Assembly (NCBI GenBank): GCA_964016885.1
Contig: OZ024741.1
Span: forward strand, 215,946,001-216,010,000
Direction: 5' to 3'
DNA: 64,000 nt
Source of the DNA: Eledone cirrhosa
Taxonomy: Eukaryota
Position numbers and translations under genes: made by a program. Below, piece after piece: positions 49,310-63,985 of the stretch; the first letter of the stretch is position 1; each line of letters opens with the position of its first letter. A model generated the notes under the pieces. The model did not search any database, was not told where the DNA came from, and worked only from the letters and a program-made list of their open reading frames with translations.

Positions 49310-49903
49310 GGAGAGAGAGAAAGACAGGCAGAGAAGGGGATATAGAATGACAAAGAGATATAGTGAGGAAGAAAGAGAGAGACAGAGAGAGATTGAGAGA
49401 GAAAGAGAAAGACTTGTAGATCAATGGATTAAAACCGACGAGCAATGTCGACAAAGAAATTTTGTTTCCAACGTCTTCAGATCTGTTTTCCTTTATCTTG
49501 TGAATAGTAAGCGATCTGCTGCCAACTTCAAAAGGAATCGATAAATGCCATTGAACGAGACGACATCGATCACCTCCTTAGCCTTCGTCGTTCGATCGAT
49601 TTTGAAGATATTTGATTGAAAACGATCGAGATTTGTTGACGCATTAGAAGTCACAGTTCGATCTTTCAGATAATGTTCAACGTTCGTTGATATTCATTCG
49701 CCTACTTTCATAGTCTGCTCTTATACAATTGCGATAAAGAGATTTTATAATATTGCCTTATCTAATGGGCGTTTATTTATTTATACAACCAGTTGATATA
49801 GCGATAACCAGCAATATCATACGGTTTTAGTATCTTATTCAATGAATTCTTCTGTAATCTTGGCACTAACAACAGGAACATATATACACTTAGAATATAT
49901 ACA

Positions 49904-49979
<76 letters not shown>

Positions 49980-50013
49980 CATGGGCATGTATTAATATAT
50001 ACAGACAAACACA

Positions 50014-50068
<55 letters not shown>

Positions 50069-50071
<3 letters not shown>

Positions 50072-50596
50072 AAAGTTTTATTTAAAATTGTTGGGTTACA
50101 ACAAGTAAATATTTTATAACTGATATAAAGCACTCAACAAGTTTTGGAGTAGATATACGATATTAAACAAATGGAAACTATATTTATAAAACCATATTTA
50201 TTTCATTATACATATTTCGGGGATACCATATTAAAAATATGGCATGCCTTCTTCAGATAAAATACAATATATAAACAGTTTTATAAATAATTTTGACGTA
50301 CCATAAATATTGATCAACTTTTATGTAAGAAGTTGGTTTGGTAGTGAAATGTTTATAAATATTATTTTTAACTGTGCTTAACACTAAATATTTATAAACA
50401 TTTCACTACCAAACCAACTTCTTACATAAAAGTTGATCAATATTTATGGTACGTCAAAATTATTTATAAAACTGTTTATATATTGTATTTTTTCTGAAGA
50501 AGGCATGCCATATTTTTAATATGGTATCCCCGAAATATGTATAATGAAATAAATATGGTTTTATAAATATAGTTTCCATTTGTTTAATATCGTATA
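50069..50596. mobile_element. Fold-back pLTR module of the same family as the 2627-3133 pLTR
   Basis: Arms ~50154-50362 and ~50388-50596; HHR (CUGAAGA core) at 50199-50264(-) and 50486-50551(+); terminus TTTTGC matches 7364. Confidence 0.88.
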
Positions 50597-50607
50597 TATA
50601 TATATAT

Positions 50608-50693
<86 letters not shown>

Positions 50694-50725
50694 GTATATA
50701 TATATATATGTATATATATTATATA

Positions 50726-51649
50726 TGATGAAATATATGGAGAATAGAAATGGCTGTGTAGTTGCTATTTAAGGTAACTTAAAATGCAGTGGGAATACGA
50801 AGAAAGCAAGAACAGGGGGGTCCTCATCGGTTGTCTACTGGGGGCTTGTATATATATATTTATATATACTGTTTTCTCTTTTCTTCCCCTTTGCTTTCCT
50901 TCCCTCCTTCCTTCGTTTTCCCAATAACTTATCCAGTTATTGACGCCCTGGGGCGAGATATGTTGTCTTTAAAGCGTAGAAATATCCGAGACTCCCAGTA
51001 GACAACTGATGAGGAAACCCCCCACCCCACCCTCGTTCTTGCTTTCTTCGTATTCCCACTGCATTTTAAGTTACCTTATATACCAACTACACAACCATTT
51101 CTATTCTCCACATATTTCATCATGTTTTTCGCTGTGACCATTCATCTCTCCCCTTCAACCTACTTACTTCGCCACTTTCAACTCTCACTCCACTTTCTTC
51201 TTCTCCCTTTCTCCCTCTCACTTTCACCCCCTCGCCTCACCGTTTAGCAGTTCTCTCCACACTTACAACTGCGGTGATGGATGTGTGTCTCTTTCCTCTC
51301 GAACACTCATCTTGAACTTAAGTTCTCTTATCAAGTGGTCTTGGATTTACTACCCATAATTGCTCGCACATTGCTCGGTTTGTTGTGTTTTTTTTTGTAT
51401 TTTTTTTCGCTGTTTTGTTACTGTTTTCTCTTTTCTTCCCCTTCGCTTTCCTTCCCCCCTTCCTTCGTTTTCCCAATACCTTATCCAGTTATTGACGCTG
51501 TGGGGCGAGGTCTTTAAAGAGAAGCAATATCCTAAAACCTCAGTAGAAAACAAATGAGAACCCCCCCCCCCCCTCCTTTTTTGCTTTCTTCGTATTCCCA
51601 CTGCATTTTAAGTTACCTTAAATAGCAACTTCACACCCATTTCTATTTT

Positions 51650-51652
<3 letters not shown>
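50726..51652 (+). mobile_element. Non-autonomous mini-element: inverted partial terminal repeat + repeat + ~300-bp spacer + repeat
   Basis: ~50868-51120 is repeated at ~51419-51650; 50726-50848 is the reverse complement of ~50990-51120; flanked by (TA)n. Confidence 0.75.
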
Positions 51653-51702
<50 letters not shown>

Positions 51703-51742
51703 TACAAATATTAATAAAATAGATGTTCTTTTGATCAATTAA

Positions 51743-51795
51743 ATTTTATTATACATATTTCAGAGGTACAACATACGTCCTCATCAGACAAAATA
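51743..51795 (-). ncRNA. Hammerhead ribozyme in a family F pLTR
   Basis: AUUUUGU CUGAUGA GGACGUAUGUUGUACCUCU GAAA UAUGUA UA AUAAAAU. Confidence 0.75.
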
Positions 51796-53379
51796 TAATG
51801 ATACATGACATACCCTGAGATGTTAAATGGTTAAGATTTAATCAAGGTAGTGATTAACCTATGAAAAAACTCAACATTTATACCCTAATAATGAGAAAAT
51901 GCGGAAACATAATAAATTCAATGGAGAAGGTATGAGTAAGGAAAACGTTGTAACAGTTATAGAGATTTTAAAATGTAGGATACTACAAATTATGATTATC
52001 GAGGAAGACGTCTCTGGAATTATAATTTTATTACAGTTTTTGAAGGCAACTGATAGATGATTAAAGAGAGGGAGAGATAGAGGGGAGTAATTTATGCAGA
52101 AACATATTTTCCCCTTAAGGACTAAGCGATTAAGTTTCAAAATATTTTATTTATGTTATTTTAGGGTGAAGAATCAAAATTTTAAGTTTTTAAAAGTTGA
52201 TGGTTATTTATATTTATTAATTTTATACATTTTATGAATTTTTTAATTTGTTACATTTGTAAAATTCTGAATTTTATGAAAACAAAATTAACGGATTTAC
52301 TAGGCCCACGAAAGAAAAATATACACTGTTGAATATATTTCCTTAAATGTAATCTTTAACAATAATTACCTATAAGAGTGTCAACATTTTCGGTATGTAA
52401 AATTTATGAAGTACTTATTGTTAGAAATATCGAAAAATTTATTGTCAAGTAGATACATTGTGTAATATATAATGATTAAGGCAGATTTTTCAGCCATATA
52501 TATATATATGTGTGTGTGCATTTATCGTAATAAATTAATATTTATTAGATTATATTAAATCACTATATTAGTTCTACCTCCATGGGAGGAATGAACACTA
52601 AATAATGAATATGTTATTGTACAATATATCTATATTTGCACAAACTATATATATCGTTAAACCGAAACGGTAATTATGATTAAGTTATTATACATTATAA
52701 ATATAGATGCAAAAAACCAAATGCAGAGATATACGTAACTAATAATATGATTATGTTATAGAATATAGACATATTTGCAAAAAATTAGGTATAGAGAGAT
52801 ATACTAAGTATTATTGAGACAGTATACTTTTGGTAAATGATAACGATTATAATCTTATATAATAGATTCAAACATGCAAAAGTTAAATACATACATATAT
52901 ATAAAAGAGTGTAAACGCATGAATGATTCAGAGTTCAAAATAAGGTCCGTAAAAATTTACAGTTTGGATATTTGAACTATATTTAAAACATAGATAGAAA
53001 AATAAAGATAGGTATACTTAAAAACATGTAAAAGTTAAATACATACATATATATAAATAAAGGAGGGTAAACGCATGAATGATTCACAGTTCAAAATAAG
53101 GTCCGTAAAAATTTACAGGTTGGATATTTGAACTATATTTAAAACATAGATAGAAAAATAAAGATAGAGAAATAATGGTATGGATCAAAGTTAATAATAT
53201 TATGTATATCAAGGTGTCAGCATCTTATTAAACAAGTGTCATTCATTCAAACGTTATTTCTTTTATATATAGTTATAAGATAAAGCAATATTAAAGGCCA
53301 TTAAGGTTTTCAACTGTTGATTATGTACGTCTAAAAACCAAGTTTAGTTGCTTAGTGTTTTTTCCTGGTCTTATGGGAG

Positions 53380-54107
53380 GCTTTAAATGTAGATAAAGCT
53401 TTATGAATGCAATTAGAGAATAATTCACTTTTTTGTTAATTATGGTCTCATAATTATTAATAATCAACAGGGTCTCCATTGTACAAAGCGCGCAGTTACT
53501 TGATATACTTGAGTTGCGGTAAACTCCACTATTCCGAAGTTTCGTCCCAAAAAATAGAGTATTTTAAATTCTTCTCTTTTAATGACCATATAAGCTGTGA
53601 TAAAGAAGTGGAGGATTTCCTCTTGGAGTTCGAAAATGAGCATTTATGGTTCGCAAATCTGTCTTTAAATGTAGTAGAAGTTGATCCTATGTAGTTGTAT
53701 GTGTTGTAATCACTTTTTACGGTGCATTTATACACCAAATTACTATCTAAACAATTATTTTGCAGAGTCAATCAATTTTATTTCTACAATTACATCTGGT
53801 TTATTATCTTTTATGTTACCGCTATTATTAAGATCATTATGGTGATTCTGCTTTAGAATTTTAGTGTTTAATTTAGCAATATTTTGAGCCATTTTCATAG
53901 TTGTAGAATAAGACAATTTAATGGTGTGTCTATTAAAAATGGAATGGTATTTATGTTGAGTAGGGATGTTGAGTAGGGAAAGAGGTGTCCAAAGCATTAA
54001 AGAATAATTTTGCAATTGGTATTCTAACTGCTACTGGGGGGGGGGGAGACAAACCATATGACTGATTTAGTTCTAGTTCTTTTCCTCAATTTGTTTGGCG
54101 TATGGTA
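53380..54107 (-). pseudogene. Inverted copy of the PLE C-terminal/GIY-YIG region
   Basis: NNCLDSNLVYKC..YIGSTSTTFKDRFANHKCSF; frameshifted. Confidence 0.85.
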
Positions 54108-54109
54108 TA

Positions 54110-55985
54110 CTTAAAAAATTATTTACAGGTCACCAATACCTTAGAACTCTAAAGGAAAAAATCACGGAACTAAAAGAGTTTAACAAAATATTGGTTAAAT
54201 CGGACAAAACAAATAATTTATATGGGATAAACAAAGAAGAATATAACAACTTGATTTTAAAGGAACTTAGGAAAAATTATAAAAAATCCCCGGTTGAAGA
54301 TCTTACAGAAATTAACGAAGATGCCTATAAATTAATTACCAATTTAGGAATAGAAGGAAGAACCGAGCCATTTATACCTAGGCAGCCGCGGATTAACTTG
54401 AAGGATCACAAAAGAAACTTCGAGAAAGTTATGCCAGTTAGATTGATTTCTCCATCCAAATCGGATATTGGAGTAATCAGTAAAAACATCATCGATAGAA
54501 TCTTACCCGCTCTTAAATTGAGATCTAATTTGAACTTGTGGAAAGATACAAATGAAGTCATTGAATGGTACAAGAATATAGACGATAAGAGAAACCATAA
54601 ATTCATCCGGATGGACATAACAAACTACTATTCTTCCATAACACCTAACCTTCTAAATAAGGCTATATCATACGCTTATAAGCATACTTATTTAACCACG
54701 GATGAAATTGTTATCATACTAACAGCCAGAAGAACTCTTATTAACTTCAACAATGAATATTGGACTTGCTCAGATAGAAATAGAAACTTTGATATTACTA
54801 TGGGGGCATCTGATTCTGCGCAAATCACAGATCTTCTGGGAATTTTCATATTAAATACGATAAATAGAAAACTGCCGGAGATTACCGGTGGTTTATATAG
54901 GGACGACATTTTATTTACGGTGGTCAAACACAACAATATTGAACTAAATAGAGTAAAGAAAAGTATAATAGAATTCTTTAAAATGTATGACCTTAAGTTA
55001 GAAGTAGAAAATGGTACCAAAATAATTAATTTCCTGGCTTTTATTACCCTTTTCATAAGCCCAATGAAAACATAAACTATGTTAGTAACCATTCCAATCA
55101 CCCTAAATCTGTAAAAAAAAGCTATAGTAAATAGTGTCCAAAAACGCATTAATAGAATATCAGCCAATAAAGCAATATTTGATGATAACACAGCATACTA
55201 CAATAATGCGGTAAAAAGAGCAGGATATGAGAATAATATAGAATATGTAGATAATAATAATCCAAGTTTTAATCCTGATAAAAATAATGGCATATATAAA
55301 CGAAACTCTAATAATTATAATTCAAACACCCATACGCCAAACAAATTGAGGAAAAGAACTAGAACTAAATCAGTCATATGATCCCCCCCCCCCCCCTGCT
55401 CCGGTAGCAGTTAGAACACCAATTGCAAAATTATTCTTTAATGCTTTGGACACCTCTTTCCCTACTCAACATAAATACCATTCCATTTTTAATAGACACA
55501 CCATTAAATTCTCGTATTCTACAAATATGAACATGGCCCAAAACATTGCCAAATTAAACACTAAAATTCTAAACCAAAACCAGCATAATGATCTTAATAA
55601 TAGCGTTAACATAAAAGATAATAAACCAAAATGTAATTGTAGAAATAAAATTGATTTCCCTCTGCAAAATAATTGTTTAGATAGTAATTTGATGTATAAA
55701 TGCACCGTAAAAACTGATTACAATACATACAACTACATAGGATCGACTTCTTCTACACAGCTTATATGGTCATTAAAAGAGAAGAATTTAAAATACTCCA
55801 TTTAGGGGACGAAACTTCGGAATAGTGGAGTTTACCGCAACTCAAGTATATCAAGTAACTGCGCGCTTTGTACAATGGAGACCCTGTTGATTATTAATAA
55901 TTATGAGACCATAATTAACAAAAAAGTGAATTATTCTCTAATTGCATTCATAAAGCTTTGTCTACATTTAAAGCCTCCCATAAGA
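54110..55985 (+). pseudogene. 5'-truncated PLE RT + GIY-YIG ORF, frameshifted
   Basis: ILVKSDKTNNLY, VRLISPSKSDIG, MDITNYYSSI, TMGASDSAQITDLLG, GGLYRDD, CNCRNK, YIGST; clearly homologous to 3182-5405. Confidence 0.9.
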
Positions 55986-56688
55986 CCAGGAAAAAACACT
56001 AAGCAACTAAACTTGGTTTTTAGACGTACATAATCAACAGTTGAAAACCTTAATGGCCTTTAATATTGCTTTATCTTATAACTATCTATAAAAGAAATAA
56101 CGTTTGAATGAATGACACTTGTTTAATAGCATGCTGACACGCTGGTTTTCGTAACATAATATTATCAACTTTGATCCATACCATTATTTCTCTATCTTTA
56201 TTTTTCTATCTATGTTTTAAATATAGTTCAAATATCCAACCGGCAAATTTTTACGGACCTTATTTTGAACTCTGAATCATTCATGCGTTTACACTCTTTT
56301 ATATATATGTATGTATTTAACTTTTGCATGTTTGAATCTATTATATAAGATTATAATCGTTATCATTTACCAAAAGTATACTGTCTCAATAATACTTAGT
56401 ATATCTCTCTATACCTAATTTTTTGCAAATATGTGTATATTCTATAACATAATCATATTATTAGTTACGTATATCTCTGCATTTAGTTTTTTGCATCTAT
56501 ATTTATAATGTATAATAACTTAATCATAATTACCGTTTCGGTTTAACGATATATATAGTTTGTGCAAATATAGATATATTGTACAATAACATATTCATTA
56601 TTTGGTGTTCATTCCTCCCATGGAGGTAGAACTAATATAGTGATTTAATATAATCTAATAAATATTAATTTATTACGATAAATGCACG

Positions 56689-56745
<57 letters not shown>

Positions 56746-56748
<3 letters not shown>

Positions 56749-58633
56749 TAAGAAATCGGAGAATAGACCGTTAAAACATGTTTATTTAAAACAGCACCTA
56801 CGTACGTTTCGCCCAGTTGGGCTTCTCAAGGACATAAATAATTGAATAGAATAGATAACCGCAATAAAGATCACGACCCGGCGACGGTGACCACTGTAGA
56901 TTACTCGAACTATTCCCCTATTACAAAACCAACAAAGGCGACGGCCTACTACCAACGCCTTCCAACCAACATCTTCGTGTACATAAACATGGAAGAGGTA
57001 GGAAGAGTGCACCCGAACATAAAGTGAAAGGGGCACCGAAAGGGCGACTGCGCATTAACACACATAAGAGCGGTCACCTAGATGGAACCACCCGTAGCAA
57101 ACGGACAAGGACACGTTATCGCCCCCCCACTCTCGGAGTGTGGCCTCCAACATACCCCGGATGTTCTTCGAAGCCTTAGTGAAGAACTTCCCGCTCAACA
57201 ATAGGTATAGAAAAATTCTTAATAGGAACAATATAAAAATATCCTTCTCTACTACTCCTAACCTAGCAGACATCATAGGAACAACGAACCACAGTAAGAT
57301 CCCCAAGACACAGCACCTCGACACAGACGTACCTACACCTGACAATAATTATATCGGCCTTAACAACTCCCTGGCAGCATCCAATAGTGTTGGCAACTGC
57401 ATCCGCAGACGCAATCAGCATAACCGCGAAATGACTGGGGAACATGCAGGACATGACGTGCGGAATAACAATCGCACCACCCCGCGTGCTGTGGGTTGTA
57501 ATGGTGCTAACGACAGCTGCGGTAGCGTGGGTAACAACGTAGGCAGTAACAATGATAGCCTTACCGTGGGAAATAGACGGAACCGCGACAGAAATTGCAA
57601 CTGCCGCGACAGAGGACGCTGCCCCTTAGAGGATACTGTTTGACTGATAGGGTTATATATAGATGCACTCTAACTAGTCACAATAGCGTTAAACATATAT
57701 AGGGTCTACCTCAGGCGCGTTCAAAATTAGGTTTCGAACACATCTCCACTCTTTCACAAATAAAAAAACTAAGACACTCCACTTCGCTCGCGGACTACAT
57801 CACATCACTAAAGGACTTAAACATCAGCTTCTCCACGCACTGGGATATGGTCGGCAGGGCTGCACCGTACAACTTCAAGAGGAAATGCGATCTTTGACTC
57901 ATGGAGCTCTACCACATCATAACTGCACCCCACGAGCTCATCAACAGCAGAGCTGAAACAGCGATAATTTGTACACATCGCTTAAAAATATCCTTCTTCA
58001 GATGGGTTAAGGATGAGGAGTAAAACCGTGCGCCGGATCTCCCTGCAACAAGTCTTAATACCCCGGCGGGCAGGCGCTGCAAAATAACACCCAGGAAACT
58101 ATCCTTGCATACCAGACCCAGCCTCAAACGACTCAGACAAACAGATGCGGCAAAACAAACTCTCAAAATAAGCGTTGATTACATGCGTATCGATAATGGT
58201 AAGGTTGTAACCTCATCTCGTAGCGGATAAAAAAATTTGTCCGGGAAAGACTGCCCTAACACCGACCAGAGTTACCTCCCTTGACCTGCTGCAAAATCAA
58301 AACAAGCTATTTTTGCGAGCAATGACCTTGGCGTGGATTTAACCCCCAAAACTCTTTCCGAGCAATGTAAGGAACACTTTTGATTATTTATGCAACTGGG
58401 CGAAACGTACGTAGTTGCTGTTTTAAATAAAAATGTTTTAACGGTCTATTCTCCAATTTCTTACTTTCCCACGTGCTTACGCTCTGCTAATTCTCTAGCC
58501 CACTAAATATTAACACTTCGAATATTTAATACTGCCGGCACTAGTATCGAGCACCTTTGGCATACGCTACTTGGCAAATAACTATATGTATCACCTATCC
58601 TCCCCTTTTTTTCTCTCTCTCGATACGTAAATA

Positions 58634-58640
<7 letters not shown>
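56746..58640 (+). mobile_element. Nested 5'-truncated Naiad-like PLE with a 5' inverted pLTR segment
   Basis: Arms ~56746-56842 and ~58383-58467; remnants FFEALVKNFP..ILNRNNIKISFS, CNCRDRGRCPL, KCDL*LME..CTHR; flanked by (TA)n. Confidence 0.88.
56794..56834 (-). ncRNA. Hammerhead motif, U3-A8 variant (UUGAGAA)
   Basis: CC UUGAGAA GCCC AACU GGGC GAAA CGUACG UA GG; stem I partly degenerate. Confidence 0.65.
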
Positions 58641-58705
<65 letters not shown>

Positions 58706-59149
58706 CTGAAAAATCTGCGTTAATCATTATACTTTAGACAATGTATCTACTTGACAATAAATTTTTCGATATTTCTAACAATAAGTACTTCATAAATTTT
58801 ACATACCGAAAATGTTGACTCTCTTATAGGTCATTTCTGTTAAAGATTACATTTAAGGGAATATATTCAACAGTGTATATTTTTCTTTCGTGGGCCTAGT
58901 AAATCCTCTAATTTTGTTTTCATAAAATTCAGAATTTTAGAAATGTAACACATTTAAAAAATTTATAAAATTTATAAAATTAATAAATATAAATAACCAT
59001 CAACTTTAAAAAATTAAAATTTTGATTCTTCACCCTGAAATAACTTAAATTAAATATTTTGAAACTTTGTATTAGAATTTTATGTATTGTAGCAGTACTT
59101 ATATATATCGTTTTAGTATTCATGTTCCGGGATTCTGAATTAATATTTC

Positions 59150-59430
59150 TGTTGTATGGACTGGGAATCGAACTCACAACCTCATTGTTGTATGGACTGT
59201 TAAATTCGTTTTATTCAATTTACACGTGCTCACACATTTGCATATGAATCACGTGACCTGGGCAGTCAGTCAGCGTTGGTATTAAAAACTCGGTCACAGA
59301 CTGCTGCTGTGACTTACTTTATGTTATTCTGCTAGTGTGAGGAGGGGCGTTTTGGTTGTTTCGTACAATACACAAATTATTTGATATAACTCGTTGTGTT
59401 TTCTCTGCGAGTACCGAGAGGAATACAACA
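59150..59430 (+). mobile_element. Solo LTR of an LTR retrotransposon
   Basis: Termini TGTTGTA..TACAACA; 5-bp target-site duplication ATTTC at 59145-59149 and 59431-59435; TATA-like TATTAAAA inside. Confidence 0.75.
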
Positions 59431-60161
59431 ATTTCGTATTAGTTTCGGGATTCGGAATTATTATTTCGTATTATTTTTTTTAGTTTTTTGGCCCCCTACT
59501 TGTTGACCTGTCATTGTGAGATAGATTTGGCCGATCACTACTAACTCATAAAATTCTTTCACTACAATCTCGTATTTAGTATTCCGTCCCACCTATTAAA
59601 CTTTTCTATAGCTTAGCAGTACCAGTGAGAGATTTGATGATTGTGGAAGGGGAATAGTAACCAGAAATTGTTTTTTTTTTTATATTTTAAATATTTTAAA
59701 TATTTTTCTATTTATTTATTTACTCCATATAGATTTACTTATTGTTTCGACTTCCTCCTCCCTCCCCTTCTCTAGTATACTTTTTACGACCTTCTATCCT
59801 GCTGTAGTTGTCACTTTCAACGCTCGACTGGGTTTCCTCCACTCCCTCTCCCTCTTTCTTCTACTGGCAAGTTCAGCTACCCCTACCTTCCACAAAATGC
59901 CATGATAGAATCATGTGTCTCAACAACAAACTTTTGACCAATTCTTGTGACAATCACTTTTACCATATATGGAATTACCCCCTGAGAAGTTCGGCTATTC
60001 ATTTACCAGGATAAAAATTTTCTTTAGTCCAGAATTAGCCGTCGAAACTGCTTAAGCTCAGCCGTCGGGTCCTACTTGTTCCTATTACCCACTCTACTAA
60101 CCTAAGTATTGAGTACTTTGGTGCGTTATGGTCAATCTGGTTCCTTACCACATTTCCTTCG

Positions 60162-60216
<55 letters not shown>

Positions 60217-60552
60217 AATCCGAAAAAATTGGTCCAAAATTCATTGGTTTACGCTTCTACCTGCAATAACATACTCATCTGATTATTGTTTGTGTAACCT
60301 GGAACCTACAAAAGATAAATCTCTGTATTTCTCCCTCTCTCTCTCTCTTCTTACTCTCCCCCTCCCCCCTCTCTCTCTCTCTAAATATATATATATGTAC
60401 TTATATACCTATATATATATATATATATTTAACGTATACTTAACGTATGTTGTAGCTCTGGTTCGTTAGATTCTATTGAGCGCTTGCCACACATCTCGGA
60501 AGTTGGTTTTCGCTAATTTCCAATAGCCGAAATACGATTCTCACTAAAGTAT

Positions 60553-60633
<81 letters not shown>

Positions 60634-60817
60634 TATGTATATATATATATATATGCATATGTATATGTATATATATATATATAAATGATTTACTTCCGCT
60701 TCTATTAAGGGCTGGTTCATACACAGATCAAATTTACGACCTCATTTGATCCTGTGTTAGCTGGCAGGTGGCAATATATTTTGCCGTTCCTGGGACTTTT
60801 GTCCTAGGTAGGGAAAA

Positions 60818-60899
60818 TGCTTTCTGAAGATCTGAAAATTTCCATTGGAAGTCACTAGGGATCTCCAATCTTTGTGAAGTGAAATCTTCGGTAAAAGCA
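60818..60899 (+). ncRNA. Hammerhead ribozyme motif with an extended stem II
   Basis: UGCUUU CUGAAGA ..AUUGGA..UCCAAU.. GAAA UC UUC GG UA AAAGCA. Confidence 0.65.
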
Positions 60900-61199
60900 A
60901 ATGGAAATAGGTGAATATTTAAATTATATTTTTTAATTTATTTAAAAAATTGTTTGAATATTGCTTGCTCCGCTTATCTCTGTTTTATAGTTCTGGTATG
61001 TCAAATTAATACTATAGAACAACCACTTTATCATAGACACCCTATATATTTCCAGGGGTACTTAGTACCTCTGGAGATATTGATCTCCTTTTATATGATA
61101 TATATATAGATATGTATGAATGTTTCTCTTTCTCTTAATTTCGACTAGATTTTTGACCGGCCACCTTCCTGTTGGGGAGGTTGTAAAAGAAAAGAAATT

Positions 61200-61955
61200 G
61201 TTGTCATCCCTTAAATCACAAGAATGTTTTGCGAATTTTGAAGGTGGCAGCTATCGCATCCATATTTGTCCATAAATCCAAGTTATACTTTGGTCCAAGC
61301 AGGTTGGTATATAACCTGTAGCTCCAATAATGATAAGTATAAAGCCGAAAGTGTACCTTGGATATTGGATCTGCAAACTCCTCATCAATGATCCGTAGAT
61401 GTCCTCCTTTTCTTGTATTTTTCTTACAACGTTTACATCAAGTGGGCAGCTGATCTCTAAAACAGAGCAGGTTTTCAGTGTGTACTCCCAAACATCAATA
61501 TCAGGCCGGTTGTGCTTTATTTTAGTGGCAGTTTTTATTTTCAGGTTCCACCAGTATTCCTTAGTGGCATCTATCTCAACATATTCCTCCTCATTTGTTT
61601 TTAATTTTGTTTTCCTAAGTGCGTTCCAGATGGTTCTAGCTATCCCATCGTGTATCATAGGAAGGTAGTAGCGAGACGACATTCTTTCACAGTTGGCAAC
61701 AATGTCGCTAACATCTTCGATCTTTGTTTCATAAAGCCTACATTTATTGTCGATTGATGGCCCTCCTTTTTTGTGTAGTAGATATTTGAGAGGAATTTCT
61801 TGTTCCTGTATTTCATAGAGATATCTTTCAAGGTGGAATGTCATAAATTTGTCGGAACTACATGCCGGGCTTTTTGAATGATTTATCCCCTCTATGGTTT
61901 GTGTTTTTCGTCTAAGGTACACATACACAACTTTCTCCGTAAACTGGTCCATTTA
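61200..61955 (-). pseudogene. R4/Dong-type non-LTR element C-terminal region (zinc knuckle + restriction-like endonuclease)
   Basis: KCRL..E..IVANC..YYL..HDGIA, HNRPDI, LEISCP, EKEDIY, IIIGATG. Confidence 0.85.
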
Positions 61956-62011
61956 TTTATGCATGTGTGTGTATGTGTGTATATATATATGTATATATGT
62001 GTGTACAGTGT

Positions 62012-63519
<1,508 letters not shown>

Positions 63520-63546
63520 TAACTCGTGTGCCTCCTCTCCGCATTT

Positions 63547-63706
<160 letters not shown>

Positions 63707-63743
63707 TATAATGTACACACACACACACATACACACACACACA

Positions 63744-63985
63744 CACGGAGGAGACTGAGGTTAGGTGGACATGCTCACCGACATCCAGAGTTGACACTGC
63801 ACTCAGTGCTCCTGTGGGAGCCCCTGCATGGACATACTGGAAGTGGAAGACCAAGGTTAAAGTATCTAGTTGGCCTAAGAACAGACACTGGTCTGTTGGA
63901 GTCGCAGGACATGGCAGCGATAATGAGGGATAGAGACCGCTGGAGTGAACTCGTCCATGGATCTCGGGAATTTTACCCGCCCTAG
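63744..63985 (+). mobile_element. RTE/RTE-X-like LINE 3' fragment
   Basis: [23 protein letters not shown]...GRP..MRDRDRW. Confidence 0.75.

Larger units (their letters stand above)
51697..59066. mobile_element. Naiad-like PLE with a ~2-kb inverted duplication of its 3' region
   Basis: ~52135-54107 is the reverse complement of ~55328-56690 plus ~58702-59066; pLTR with HHR on the left (minus) arm. Confidence 0.9.

Noticed and set aside
49430-49710. CpG-rich unique segment as a possible exon
   Set aside because: Only short open frames; no recognisable protein or convincing splice pair
58300-58380. SECIS candidate starting AATGACC
   Set aside because: No proper helix II or correctly spaced apical AA
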